A stretch of 63,176 nt of DNA, filler included, from Octopus bimaculoides (GCF_001194135.2; 7 parts of 6 records of this genome joined end to end with filler, not necessarily neighbours in it), one strand, 5' to 3'; shown: positions 25,439 to 37,735, numbered from the whole stretch's first letter. A program made the numbers and translations. Notes: a model not told the origin generated them from the letters alone.

Positions 25439-26675
25439 CCTTATTTCGTGAACTCAACCGATCGATTTATCTATATATGTAGATATATCTGTAACTTTAC
25501 ACACCCGTTCACACACGCGCGCACGCACAAACACACACACACGCACACANNNNNNNNNNNNNNNNNNNNNNNNNNNNNNNNNNNNNNNNNNNNNNNNNNN
25601 NNNNNNNNNNNNNNNNNNNNNNNNNNNNNNNNNNNNNNNNNNNNNNNNNNNNNNNNNNNNNNNNNNNNNNNNNNNNNNNNNNNNNNNNNNNNNNNNNNNN
25701 NNNNNNNNNNNNNNNNNNNNNNNNNNNNNNNNNNNNNNNNNNNNNNNNNNNNNNNNNNNNNNNNNNNNNNNNNNNNNNNNNNNNNNNNNNNNNNNNNNNN
25801 NNNNNNNNNNNNNNNNNNNNNNNNNNNNNNNNNNNNNNNNNNNNNNNNNNNNNNNNNNNNNNNNNNNNNNNNNNNNNNNNNNNNNNNNNNNNNNATAGGT
25901 CACTCTACCATTGAATACATATAACTATGGACAAATATTTTGAGTGGTGGTGGTGGTGGTGGTGGTGGTGGTGATTGTGGTGGTGGTGGTGGTGATTGTT
26001 GTGGTGGTGGTGGTCATGTAGTTAGTGTGGTTTAGATGTTTTACAGGATAAAGTTAAGTGTAATATATTGCTATATGAAGGCTTGGAAGAAAGTGAATGT
26101 GTAAGAGAGAGAAGGAGAGGGAAAGGAAGTGAAAGTGAAAGTGAAAGTCGACGAGTGGCAAGAAAAGCGAAAGACAATGATGGAGAGACAAAAACATAAA
26201 AAGAAACAAAAGGCAGTGATAGACAGAAACACTTTGTATGGGAGAATAGAGATAAAAATGATATGAATTCATTAGCGATTTTCTAAAAGTAAAGACAGAA
26301 ACGATAATTAAAAGGACAACATTAACAACATTGACCATAATAATTGTAGCAACAGTCGCAGCCCAGGAGATACGTGCATATATACAGTTAAACGTAAGAG
26401 AAATTTATATAAACATAAAATGTCGCCCATTTTAACACTGTCTGGAGAAGAAACTGACGGTAAATGAGATCAATTCTGCTCTTTAGTATATCAACAAAAT
26501 AGTTTATATTATACTTACTATTGTATCGAGTTCTCTTATCGTTGGCATTACATCTTCACACGACTTAAGAGGTGTGTGCGCACGCGCGCATATATGTTGT
26601 GCGTGTGTGTGTGTGTGTATGTACATACACACATGCATATGTATGTTTGTGTATCAATGTTTATGTTTGTATATG

Positions 26676-26820
26676 TGTGATAAGAAATTTGCGTCCCAAC
26701 CACATGGTTCCGGGTTCGGTCTCACTGCATGGCACATTCGGCAACAGTCTTATACTATAACCTCGGGCCGACTAAAGCCTTGTGGGTGAATTTGGTAGAC
26801 GGAAACTGAAGGAAGCGCGT
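26676..26820 (+). mobile_element. SINE family A 5' module followed by (ATCT)n(CT)n and a gap
   Basis: Matches 32093-32250. Confidence 0.85.
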
Positions 26821-26822
26821 TG

Positions 26823-26899
<77 letters not shown>

Positions 26900-28049
26900 N
26901 NNNNNNNNNNNNNNNNNNNNNNNNNNNNNNNNNNNNNNNNNNNNNNNNNNNNNNNNNNNNNNNNNNNNNNNNNNNNNNNNNNNNNNNNNNNNNNNNNNNN
27001 NNNNNNNNNNNNNNNNNNNNNNNNNNNNNNNNNNNNNNNNNNNNNNNNNNNNNNNNNNNNNNNNNNNNNNNNNNNNNNNNNNNNNNNNNNNNNNNNNNNN
27101 NNNNNNNNNNNNNNNNNNNNNNNNNNNNNNNNNNNNNNNNNNNNNNNNNNNNNNNNNNNNNNNNNNNNNNNNNNNNNNNNNNNNNNNNNNNNNNNNNNNN
27201 NNNNNNNNNNNNNNNNNNNNNNNNNNNNNNNNNNNNNNNNNNNNNNNNNNNNNNNNNNNNNNNNNNNNNNNNNNNNNNNNNNNNNNNNNNNNNNNNNNNN
27301 NNNNNNNNNNNNNNNNNNNNNNNNNNNNNNNNNNNNNNNNNNNNNNNNNNNNNNNNNNNNNNNNNNNNNNNNNNNNNNNNNNNNNNNNNNNNNNNNNNNN
27401 NNNNNNNNNNNNNNNNNNNNNNNNNNNNNNNNNNNNNNNNNNNNNNNNNNNNNNNNNNNNNNNNNNNNNNNNNNNNNNNNNNNNNNNNNNNNNNNNNNNN
27501 NNNNNNNNNNNNNNNNNNNNNNNNNNNNNNNNNNNNNNNNNNNNNNNNNNNNNNNNNNNNNNNNNNNNNNNNNNNNNNNNNNNNNNNNNNNNNNNNNNNN
27601 NNNNNNNNNNNNNNNNNNNNNNNNNNNNNNNNNNNNNNNNNNNNNNNNNNNNNNNNNNNNNNNNNNNNNNNNNNNNNNNNNNNNNNNNNNGGAGGAAGTG
27701 GTGGTGGCGGTGGTGTGTTTTTGGTGCTGTTGTTGGTCGTGATATTGATGTTGGTGGTGTCGGTGGTGATATGGGTAGCTACGTTGGCGCTATTGGTAGT
27801 GATGATGATGCTGGTTGTCTTGAGGGTGTTGTTGTTGACGGAGTGGTGTCGGTAGCGGTGTTGTTGGTGGCGAATGGTCCGGCTGATTGGTCAGTTCGAT
27901 CAAACTAAGGCTGGAACGGAAAGGGAAGCAGACTCCTAAAATTAGGTGAAGTGTCCGGGGGTGAGGGTAAGTAAACAATCATAACGATATTGGTGCCGGC
28001 GGGAAAGGGGGGGGGCAGGTAATCACATTGGTAAGTAAAAGGAAAATAG

Positions 28050-29170
28050 ATACTGAAAAGGGTTTCGATGGGACGGGGGTTAGATAATCAAAGTGGTGGA
28101 GGAAAGGAAAATCAGACAATCAAAAAGACAGAATGGTGGAAGAAGAAGAAAGTAAAAAGCAGACAATCAATAGAGTTGGAGTGGGGAAGCTTTGTGAGAG
28201 GATTGCAAAGGGCAAAACAGACGATCACGATGGTTGGTGAGGTTAGGGGAAAAATGACGATCTAATAAGGGTGGGAAGGGAAAATGATGGTGGATAGGGG
28301 AAGGGGAAGGAGAAGATCAATATAGCGAAGAAAGGAGAATGCAGACGATGTCAATGGTTGGGTGTGAGAAGCAGACTTTAACGATGAAGGTGGAGAGAGA
28401 ATGCAAATGATCAAAATGGTTTGGAGTAGGAAACAGACAATCGTAAAAGAGGAGTTGTAAAAGAGAAATTTGAAATGGTGGAGGGTGAGAAGCAGACGAA
28501 TAGACAACATAGGGAAAGAGGTAAAGCAGCCGATCAAAATCATGGGAGAAACGGAAGCAAACGTTGGAAATTATTTGGGAGGAAGATGTAGATGTAGACT
28601 ATCAAAAATGGCGGAAGGAGGGTACGGTAGGGGGTAAAGTAAACAATCAAGTCGTTGGAAGAAGGGGAAAACTAGAAGCTCAAAATTTGGAAGAGTTGGA
28701 GGGAAGTCAACGATCAAAATGAGAAGAGAATAGCAGACGATCAAAATAAGAGGAAAATTGTTGTTAAAAAAGGAAGCAGACGATCAAAATGGTAGATTTT
28801 AAGGGAAAAGATGAGAATCAAAGTTGTGAGGTGAGATTAAACCAGACGAGAAAAATTATTTGAAGAATGGGAAGCAAACAAAGAAAATGTGCAGAGAAGA
28901 CAGAAGGGTGCAAAAGAAAGATGTCGGATCAAAATGGTGTTGGGTAGGGAGTAACAAACGAGCAAAAGGGAGGAACACAGACGATCAAAGTAGTAATGGA
29001 GAGGGACAAAGTTGTTGTGGAGAGGGAGAGGCATGGGTGGAATTAGACAGAGAGATGATCAAGGGAGTGGGAGGAGGTAACAAAGAAAACGATGAAATTG
29101 TGAAACAGCGGAAGCAAATAATAAAAAATGGCGGTAGTGAAAATGAAAAAAGCAGACGATGAAAACAAGA
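28050..29170 (+). repeat. Purine-rich degenerate minisatellite with core AGCAGACGATCAAAAT every ~30-45 bp
   Basis: Core or variants near 28158, 28216, 28340, 28402, 28432, 28491, 28526, 28594, 28707, 28732, 28776, 28920, 28978 and 29152. Confidence 0.7.
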
Positions 29171-29675
29171 TGGAACAAAAGAATATTAAAAAAGAAAAAC
29201 AAAAAGAAATATCAACAAGAGCAGCAACTTCGGCAACAGCAGCAACATCAACAAAACAAGAGAAAAAAGCAGTTGATTGTTACATCCACACACAACCTGC
29301 TGCACTCAGCTGACACGTAGCCTCGTTATGATAAACAACGCTGAGTTGGGCCGACAACGTTTATTTCTCTCATCATGGCTTTATCTTCATCGCGCCATCT
29401 TTTTACAATTCGGAACACATCATACACTGCTCACGCACGCGCACACACGCACACACACACACGCAGACACATCCACACGCATACGCATACTCTCGCACAC
29501 ATATGCAGACATGAACACACACACACATGCACGCACGCACGCACACATACGCGGACGCACACACACACACATATATATACTCACACCTATTTTTCTCCGT
29601 CGTCGTCGTCGTTGTATCGTTGTATCATCATCACCACCATCACCATCACCATCATGATCGTGATCATAATCATCC

Positions 29676-29681
29676 TTATTA

Positions 29682-29725
<44 letters not shown>

Positions 29726-29738
29726 GTTATTATTTTTA

Positions 29739-29788
<50 letters not shown>

Positions 29789-29847
29789 GTTATTATTATT
29801 ATTATTATTGTTATTATTGTTATTATTATTGTTATTATTATTATTAT
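29676..29847. repeat. (TAT)n microsatellite running into a gap
   Basis: Direct reading. Confidence 0.95.
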
Positions 29848-30877
29848 NNNNNNNNNNNNNNNNNNNNNNNNNNNNNNNNNNNNNNNNNNNNNNNNNNNNN
29901 NNNNNNNNNNNNNNNNNNNNNNNNNNNNNNNNNNNNNNNNNNNNNNNNNNNNNNNNNNNNNNNNNNNNNNNNNNNNNNNNNNNNNNNNNNNNNNNNNNNN
30001 NNNNNNNNNNNNNNNNNNNNNNNNNNNNNNNNNNNNNNNNNNNNNNNNNNNNNNNNNNNNNNNNNNNNNNNNNNNNNNNNNNNNNNNNNNNNNNNNNNNN
30101 NNNNNNNNNNNNNNNNNNNNNNNNNNNNNNNNNNNNNNNNNNNNNNNNNNNNNNNNNNNNNNNNNNNNNNNNNNNNNNNNNNNNNNNNNNNNNNNNNNNN
30201 NNNNNNNNNNNNNNNNNNNNNNNNNNNNNNNNNNNNNNNNNNNNNNNNNNNNNNNNNNNNNNNNNNNNNNNNNNNNNNNNNNNNNNNNNNNNNNNNNNNN
30301 NNNNNNNNNNNNNNNNNNNNNNNNNNNNNNNNNNNNNNNNNNNNNNNNNNNNNNNNNNNNNNNNNNNNNNNNNNNNNNNNNNNNNNNNNNNNNNNNNNNN
30401 NNNNNNNNNNNNNNNNNTGTGCATGTGTTTGGCGTGTGTTTGTGTTTGTATGTGTATGTATGTATGTGTGTGTATGTGTGTGTTTGTGTATGTGTGCGTG
30501 TGCGTGTGCGTGTGTGTGTTTGTGTATGTGTGTGTGTGTGCGTGTGCGTCTGTGTATGTGTGTGTGTGTGTGTGTGTGTAGTCTGTCAGTCTTTAACGTA
30601 TGTACTGGCTTCAAATATCGTACTGCGACCATACTGGGACACTGTCCTCATGCGTTTTAAAATCGGACATATTGACTTCAGTATTAATTCTATCAGTCTC
30701 ACTTTGTCGAATGGTTAAGTTGCGTTCTCATAAAAAAAGTAAAAAAAAAACTACTTGACTGACCAGTTCGTACGAATATGCACAAAAGATACTGTAGTAC
30801 TACTACTGCAACTAGTAGTAGTAATAGTAGTAGTAGTGATGTTGCTGCTACTACATGTGTGTGCGTTTATGTGTGTG

Positions 30878-30908
<31 letters not shown>

Positions 30909-31166
30909 GGATGGATGCGCACGCACATATAGATAAATATACAGACACATGTATAATTTCCCTCTAAGTATCGGCCTGCCTGCCTGCCTGTCTGTTTGTC
31001 TGTCTGTGTCTGTCTCTTTCTCTCTCTCTCTTTCTCTTTATCTATCTGTCTGTCTATTTATCTATCTCTCTGTCTGTGTGTCTGACTGTCTGTCTGCCTA
31101 TCAGTCCGCCTGTCTGTCTGTCTGTCTCTTTATCTATCTGTCTGTGTGTCTGTGTGTCTGTGTGTG

Positions 31167-31223
<57 letters not shown>

Positions 31224-31277
31224 GTCTGTCTGCCTGTCTGTGTGTGTTTCTGTCTATCTGTCTGTCTGTCTGTCTGC

Positions 31278-31350
<73 letters not shown>

Positions 31351-31420
31351 AGTCTGTCTGTCTATCTATCAATTTGTCTGTTTGTCTGTCTGTCTGTTTA
31401 TCTATCTCTCTATTAAACTA
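30878..31420. repeat. Compound tetranucleotide tract (ATAG, CTGT, CTAT)
   Basis: Direct reading. Confidence 0.9.
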
Positions 31421-31619
31421 GCTAGCTAGTTACCTAGCTATCAATCTAATATTTCCCGCCAATTATTGGTAAACTCTAGGCCAAGGTAAGATAATCTTTC
31501 CTCAATGTATGAACGAATCTGGTTCTACAGGAGTTGAGAAGCAAACCTCTTTATCGATAAATTTGCATATCTAAATTACAAAACTTGACACACTTCAATG
31601 CGGGGAAGTAGCTGCCGAC

Positions 31620-31830
31620 CTAATTTTAAAACCTGGCTACGCCCCTGTCCTGCCAGCAGGCACACGCCAGACTTTGGTATCTGGGAGTGCTTCAGAATAT
31701 TTTGGGGCGGCACTAATTTGTAATAATGCTAAAGTGGAGTGACTCAACTGGAGAAAATATGAGGATTCACCATTGAAAAGTGAGTGGGGAAGTATCGTCT
31801 AGTGCACCCCGTTAGCGACGGGCATGCTCG
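31620..31830. mobile_element. Possible termini of GC-rich non-autonomous DNA transposons
   Basis: CCTGGCTACGCCCCTG (rc CAGGGGCGTAGCCAGG) and GCACCCCGTTAGCGACGGGCATG resemble MITE ends; no convincing partner TIR or TSD found. Confidence 0.3.
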
Positions 31831-32092
31831 CCGTTCGGTGTAGCTTGAAAAATTTGTTCTGCAAATTCTCTCCTACGTCATTCTGATCACATGTCCATAG
31901 TACTGGAGCTGTGGCTTCTCAACGCAGAGAAGTAACGGTAATCCAGAGAATCTTCGGAGGTGGGGAATATTTATTATTTCCAACACTAAAACGACAAGGA
32001 GATTCAAGTTCTTCCTACCTTTCCCTACGAAGTAAAAGAATCGAAGTTCAAATTACGTTGAAAGCTCATTTTATTTTTACTTGTTATAATAC

Positions 32093-32251
32093 GCAGGTGT
32101 GGCTGTGTGGTAAGAAGTTTTCTTCCCAAGCACATGGTTCCGGGTTCAGTCTCACTGCGTGGAACCTTAGGCAAGTGTCTTCTACTATAGCTCCGGGCCA
32201 ACCAAAGCGTTGTGAGTGGATTTGGTAGACGGAAACTGAAAGAAGCCCGAC

Positions 32252-32313
<62 letters not shown>

Positions 32314-32532
32314 ATGTATGTGTGTGTGTATGTGTGTGTGTGTGTTTGTTCCCCCCATCATCGCTTGACAATCGATGTTGGTGTGTTTACGTACCCGTAA
32401 CTTAGCGGTTCGGCAAAAGAAACCGATAGAATAAGTACTAGGCTTACAAAGAATAAGTCTTGGGGTCGATTTGTTCGACTAGTGGCGGTGCTGCAGCATG
32501 GCCGCAGTCAAATGACTAAAACAAGTAAAAAA
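32093..32532 (+). mobile_element. SINE family A, complete bipartite copy
   Basis: tRNA-like head (TGGCTGTGTGG, GGTTCAGTCTC), internal (TA)n(TG)n, 3' module ending GCATGGCCGCAGTCAAATGACTAAAACAAGTAAAA. Confidence 0.93.
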
Positions 32533-32701
32533 GGGAAAAAAATACATTTCTGCAAGAACTAAAACTCTGTAGCAAATAAAGTTTATAATAAAACGGTGAT
32601 TGGAAGTTATCTTGTTATCAGAATCGATTACATTCGATCAGTATATATGAGCTTCTTTTGTTCCACTCTATAGTAGAAAGGGTTATTATTATTGTTATGT
32701 T

Positions 32702-32925
32702 AAGGCGGCGAACTGGCAGAAACCTTAACATGCCGAGCGAAATGCGTAGCGGTATTTCGTCTGTCTTTACGTTCTGGGTTAAAATTCCGCCGAAGTTGAC
32801 TTTGCCTTTCATCCTTTCGGAGTCGATAAATTAAGTACCAGTTGCATACTGGAGCCGATCTAATCAACCGGCCCACCTCCCACCAAATTTCAGGCCTTGT
32901 GCCTATAGTAGAAAGGATTATTATT
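32702..32925 (+). mobile_element. SINE family B with (ATT)n-type tail
   Basis: Head AAGGCGGCGAACTGGCAGAA; core GCCTTTCATCCTTTCGGAGTCGATAAATTAAGTACCAG; tail CAGGCCTTGTGCCTATAGTAGAAAGGATTATTATT. Confidence 0.92.
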
Positions 32926-33338
32926 ATTGTTATTAGTTTATTTGTCAGAGTTCTTTCGTCACACATTCTGTGACCTCTTCTGTCCCACGTCTCTCCACTT
33001 GTCTTGCCCGTTCCATTTTGTCTTTCTGTTGTATGAATCCCTATCTGGACATACTTTTATTTGTGTGTCTGTGTGTCTGTGTATGTGTCTACTATACATC
33101 CCTTGTATGCGTGTATACGCACACGCACACACAAACACACACACACACACACACACAAATACACATAAACACACACACTAGAATAACTTTGGAAGTATGC
33201 TATTGTCACCAATGCTTAGTATCAGGAAATATGGCAAGCATACAATAATCATAATTTGATTTCAATCAAATTTTCTGGTATTTATACAAAATCATGACAC
33301 GAATACTGATTTTCAGAAGAAAAATATTTCTCATTTGT

Positions 33339-33619
33339 ATACTCGTCTGATCAATAAGTATTCGGACTGTTGCCATAGTAACGAAGCTAATGCATGCAGA
33401 GTGAATCCGCTTGGCACAGATTGACCTTGAACTCTACTGTGCATGCGTACTAAGTTTTAACATTCTAGCTCACTTCCGCTGTTTACAGCAGTTCTTGGAA
33501 GGAAGGTGTGTAGCGTGTGTAGCGTGTGATCGTCGCATTGACCATGACAGACAAAGTTGAGCAGAGAATCTGCATCAAATTTTGCCAAAAGCTTGACGAT
33601 ACCTGCGCAGAGGCCTACG
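33339..33619 (+). mobile_element. mariner 5' end (irritans-like), truncated
   Basis: TIR-like TATACTCGTCTGATCAATAAGTATTCGGACT; MTDKVEQRICIKFCQKLDDTCAEAY. Confidence 0.85.
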
Positions 33620-34600
33620 TTGAGGGTTAAGTCTCGGAGGTAAATTCTTCCATTTATTGTGAGATGATGGGGGTGGATTGGTAGGTATTGGTTCCCAAAT
33701 GTTTAGGTTAGTCTGGAGGTTTCGATAGAACCTTTGATTTGTATGTAGGATGCCTTGAGGATTACGTCCAGATTTTCTATTGTGGGCTGAATTCCTAAGT
33801 GTTGTTTGTAAGTTATTTTGAGGTGTAAGAGAGGTTAGGTCGGTGGAGTTGTGTCCCCTAGATCGTCTGTGGTTTGTGTTAGATAAGCGTGGGTTCATTT
33901 CTGTGTATGTTTTTGGTTTATTTTTCTTCAGGAAGGGGTTATCCGATGCGTATTCTATGTTGAACTGTGTTTCGTAGCTAATAAAGAAATTGGCTTGTCT
34001 TTCCCAGCGTTGTAGAGAGTTTGTTTCTTCAGCTTCATAAGTTGTTTTCCACAGTTTAAAAACACTTTCCAAGCGTTGACCATCTGAATGTTTCTTTAGT
34101 TCGTTGTAGATTTCCTCATCTATGTTCTTCAATTTTTGTTCAATTCTTAGCGCTCTAAGCTTAAGGAGTTCTATTTCTGTCTTCATTTTTGCCAGCGCTA
34201 ATTTCTCCCTTAATTGTCTTTGCTGGTCCTGCTCGTTTGGAATACGTTTTATTTAGAATATATATATATCTTCGAAACGTCTAGCTAGAATAGAGGCAGC
34301 TGACGAAGGATTAGTTCCAAGTGGCTATCTGTTTTCCTATGTGTTCGTTCTGTTGTCTGTAGTTCATTCTTCTAACATCCTGTACCCTGATATGTATCTA
34401 TATACACATGTAGATGTAAGTATGCACATATATGTGTGTATACATGCATATATATTCTTTGTATTATATATATATATATATATTATATGTATTTATTTTC
34501 TCCTAGTAATAAATAACTCGGATAAGATAAATTGGTTAATAGATACCAGGGTAGCAAAGGTCACAAAATAACTGTGGTGTAACTCCTGTTTATGAGGTAG
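33620..34600 (-). mobile_element. Probable Penelope-like element: N-terminal ORF region plus upstream pLTR-like sequence
   Basis: Open frame RIPNEQDQQRQLREKLALAKMKTEIELLKLRA..IDEEIYNEL..LWKTTYEAEETNSLQRWERQANFF resembles the helical N-terminal region of invertebrate PLE ORFs (from memory); followed by a basic, low-complexity linker; no RT included. Confidence 0.6.
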
Positions 34601-34746
34601 AAACTCCTTGATATTTTGGGTATTTGAGTATTTATATATATATATATATATATATATAAANNNNNNNNNNNNNNNNNNNNNNNNNNGTAAGCGACGGAGT
34701 GCCAACCACAACAACAATAACAACAACCTAAACAAACTTAAGGGAT

Positions 34747-34779
<33 letters not shown>

Positions 34780-34803
34780 CATACATATATATATATATAT
34801 AGA

Positions 34804-35082
34804 GCGTTGTGGCACTCCGTCGGTTACGATGACGAGGGTTCCAGTTGATCTGATCAACGGAACAACCTGCTCGTGAAATTAACGTGCAAGAGGGTGAGTA
34901 CTCCAGAGTCACGTTTACCCTTAACGTAGTTGTCGGGGAGATCCAGAGCTTGACAAGGCTGGGCCTTTGAAATACAGGTACAACAGAAGCAGGAAGAAAA
35001 AGTGAGAGAAAGTTGTGGTGAAAGTATACAGCAGGGTTCACCACCACCCCATGCCAGAGCCTCGTGGGGCTCTAGGTGTTTT
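34804..35082 (-). mobile_element. SINE family C, partial
   Basis: Reverse complement of about 18560-18845. Confidence 0.88.
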
Positions 35083-35429
35083 NNNNNNNNNNNNNNNNNN
35101 NNNNNNNNNNNNNNNNNNNNNNNNNNNNNNNNNNNNNNNNNNNNNNNNNNNNNNNNNNNNNNNNNNNNNNNNNNNNNNNNNNNNNNNNNNNNNNNNNNNN
35201 NNNNNNNNNNNNNNNATATATATGTATGTATGTATGTATGCATATATATATATAGATAAATGAATAGATAGATAGATAGATAGATAGATAGATGGCTCTA
35301 TCTGTATCTCATATACTCTTTCTCTCCCTGTTTCTATACGATCGATTCCATGACTGGAAAAATCAACCAACAAACCAACCAACCAACCAACCAACAACCA
35401 TTTATACCGGTTATTGTTATCACCTTTTA

Positions 35430-35625
35430 CCTTTTACTTGTTTCACTCATTAGACTGCGTCCATGCTGGGGTACTACCCTGAATTGTTAGTCAAACGAAT
35501 AGACTCCAGTACTTATTTTTGTCGAGCCTGGTACTTATTCTATCGGACACTTTTGTCGATCCGCTAAGTTACGCGGGCATAAAGCCACCAACATCGGTTG
35601 TCAAGCCTTGATGGGGAACAAATAC
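35430..35625 (-). mobile_element. SINE family A 3' module
   Basis: Reverse complement of the 32340-32530 module. Confidence 0.8.
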
Positions 35626-35674
35626 CAGAGTAACTTGGAACACATGAAAAGAAAGCTTTATATGTTACTCTTCT

Positions 35675-36090
35675 GTGGCTGTGTGGTAAGTAGCTTGCTT
35701 ACCAACTACATGGTTCTGGGTTCAGTCCCATTGCGTGGCACCTTGGGCAAGTGTCATCTACTATAGCCTCGGGCCGACTAAAGTCTCGTGAGTGGATTTG
35801 GTAGACGGAAACTGAAAGAAACCCGTCGTATATATGTATATATGTATATATATATGTGTGTATGTGTGTGTGTGTTTGTGTGTGTGTGTGTTTGTGTGTC
35901 TGTGTTTGTCCTCCTAACATCGCTTGACAACCGATGGTGGTGTTTACGTCCCCGTAACTTAGCGGTTCGTCACAAGAGACCGATAGAATAAGTATTAGGC
36001 ATCCAAAGAATAAGTCCCGGGGCCGATTTTCTCGACTAAAGGCGGTGCTCCAGCATGGCCGCAGTCAAATGACTGAAACAAGTAAAAGAG
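35675..36090 (+). mobile_element. SINE family A, complete
   Basis: Same architecture as 32093-32532. Confidence 0.93.
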
Positions 36091-36439
36091 TAAGCATTGA
36101 CATTTAGGACAAACTTAGAAAATGGTTTGGACAGGTGAAGCTTAGAAATTAAATATGACAACTTCAAGTTTACTGAGATGTATTTGTCTAACATGTTACT
36201 TGATGTGAAGTAACTTTGAAGTGTATTGAAGCTGCAGTAACTCCACCGTAGAGAATCCCCCAAAAGATGCTAAATTCACTTCAAATTTATTTCATGACAT
36301 GTTAATATTAGTGGAACCGTGTCAGTGACCTGGTCGCAGAGGTGTGAAGAAAATAAAGGCACAGCATGAAAGAAAATTTTTTCTACTTTGATCACAAGAG
36401 CAGCAATTTTGCGGAATGGAGAAAGCAGATTACACCAAC

Positions 36440-36975
36440 TCCGCTACTCGACTGGTACGTATTTTATCGACCACGGGGGAAAAAAAATGAAAGACAAAGT
36501 TTAACTCTGTAGAATTTGAACTTAGAACGTAAAGAACCCGTAAAAATGCTGCTAAAATAGTTTGTCCAGTACGATAACGACTCTGTTCTAATCTAGGCAC
36601 AAGGCTTAAAATTTTGGGGGAGGGGGCCAGTCGATTACATCGACCCAGTACGCAACTGGTATTTAATTTATCGACCCCCGAAAGGACGAATGGCAAAGTC
36701 GACGTCGGCAGAATTTTAACTCAGAACGTAAAGACAGACGAAATGCCGCTAAGCATTTTTGCCCGGCCTACTAACGTTTCTTATTTCTTTATTGCCCACA
36801 AGGGGCTACACATAGAGGAGACAAACAGGGACAGACAAACAGATTAAGTCGATTATATCAACCCCAGTGCGTAACTGGTACTTATTTAATCGACCCTGAA
36901 AGGATGAAAGGCAAAGTCAACCTCGGCGGAATTTGAACAGAGAACGTAGCGGCAGACGAAATACCGCTAAGCATT
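36440..36975 (-). mobile_element. Cluster of three family B SINE copies in the same orientation
   Basis: Three repeats of (G/C)AATTT(G/T)AAC...AGAACGTA near 36513, 36711 and 36929, each with the ATCGACC core; the copies have different tails. Confidence 0.88.
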
Positions 36976-37075
36976 NNNNNNNNNNNNNNNNNNNNNNNNN
37001 NNNNNNNNNNNNNNNNNNNTTAATTAATTAANNNNNNNNNNNNNNNNNNNNNNNNNNNNNNNNNNNNNNNNNNNN

Positions 37076-37110
<35 letters not shown>

Positions 37111-37144
37111 ATGCAATCTCTCTCTCTTTCTATATATATATATA

Positions 37145-37735
37145 TATATTTTCAATTTTGCGCATGCGCATTCTTTACTTTTGATTTTGTCAACTACACA
37201 GTATAATAGGGTCAGTTAGGCACTGTCTGTGAGAAAAACAGCCCCATGATGCAATTCACTCTGCCACAAATTTGGAAACAACATGCTGTACCGCTTGGCA
37301 TTCATGCTGGAAGCTCCAATACGAACATTTCAGAGTGTTTGGGTGTCAGTCTGAGGACATGTACTAAGAGTGATAAAATCAAACATCCAGTCAACATCAA
37401 GGTGTTTGAAGAGATCACTAGTAATGGCAATGTTATGCCTCTGTTCATCTTCCCACATGACCTCAGACTCAACACAGAGGTCTACATCAAGTGCCTCGAG
37501 GAGGGTGGCTGCTGAAAGACCCTGTGTCTGGCAACATGTCATAAAAGCAGGAGAACTCAATCATGAATGTCAGACAATTTCTGCAACCACATCACCCCTA
37601 TAATTTGGCCACCTAACTCCCTAGACTGCACACCACTTGATTATTATGTGCGGGACGCATTTGAGCGAGATGAACTGAAGGAAATTTACTCTTTAGAATT
37701 TCAAGATATTTTTATGTAATTTTGGTAAATATAAC
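37145..37735 (+). mobile_element. Multiply deleted DD37D (maT) element
   Basis: MMQFTLPQIWKQHAV..IKHPVNIKVF..IWPPNSLDCTPLDYYV; colinear with 45376-46195 apart from deletions. Confidence 0.88.

Noticed and set aside
26433-26446. TAACACTGTCTGG, identical to the first 13 nt of miR-141/200a
   Set aside because: No complementary arm for a pre-miRNA hairpin, and the 3' half does not match.
28050-29170. CRISPR-like repeat-spacer array
   Set aside because: Eukaryotic context, degenerate non-palindromic repeats, low-complexity spacers and no cas genes; kept only as a minisatellite.
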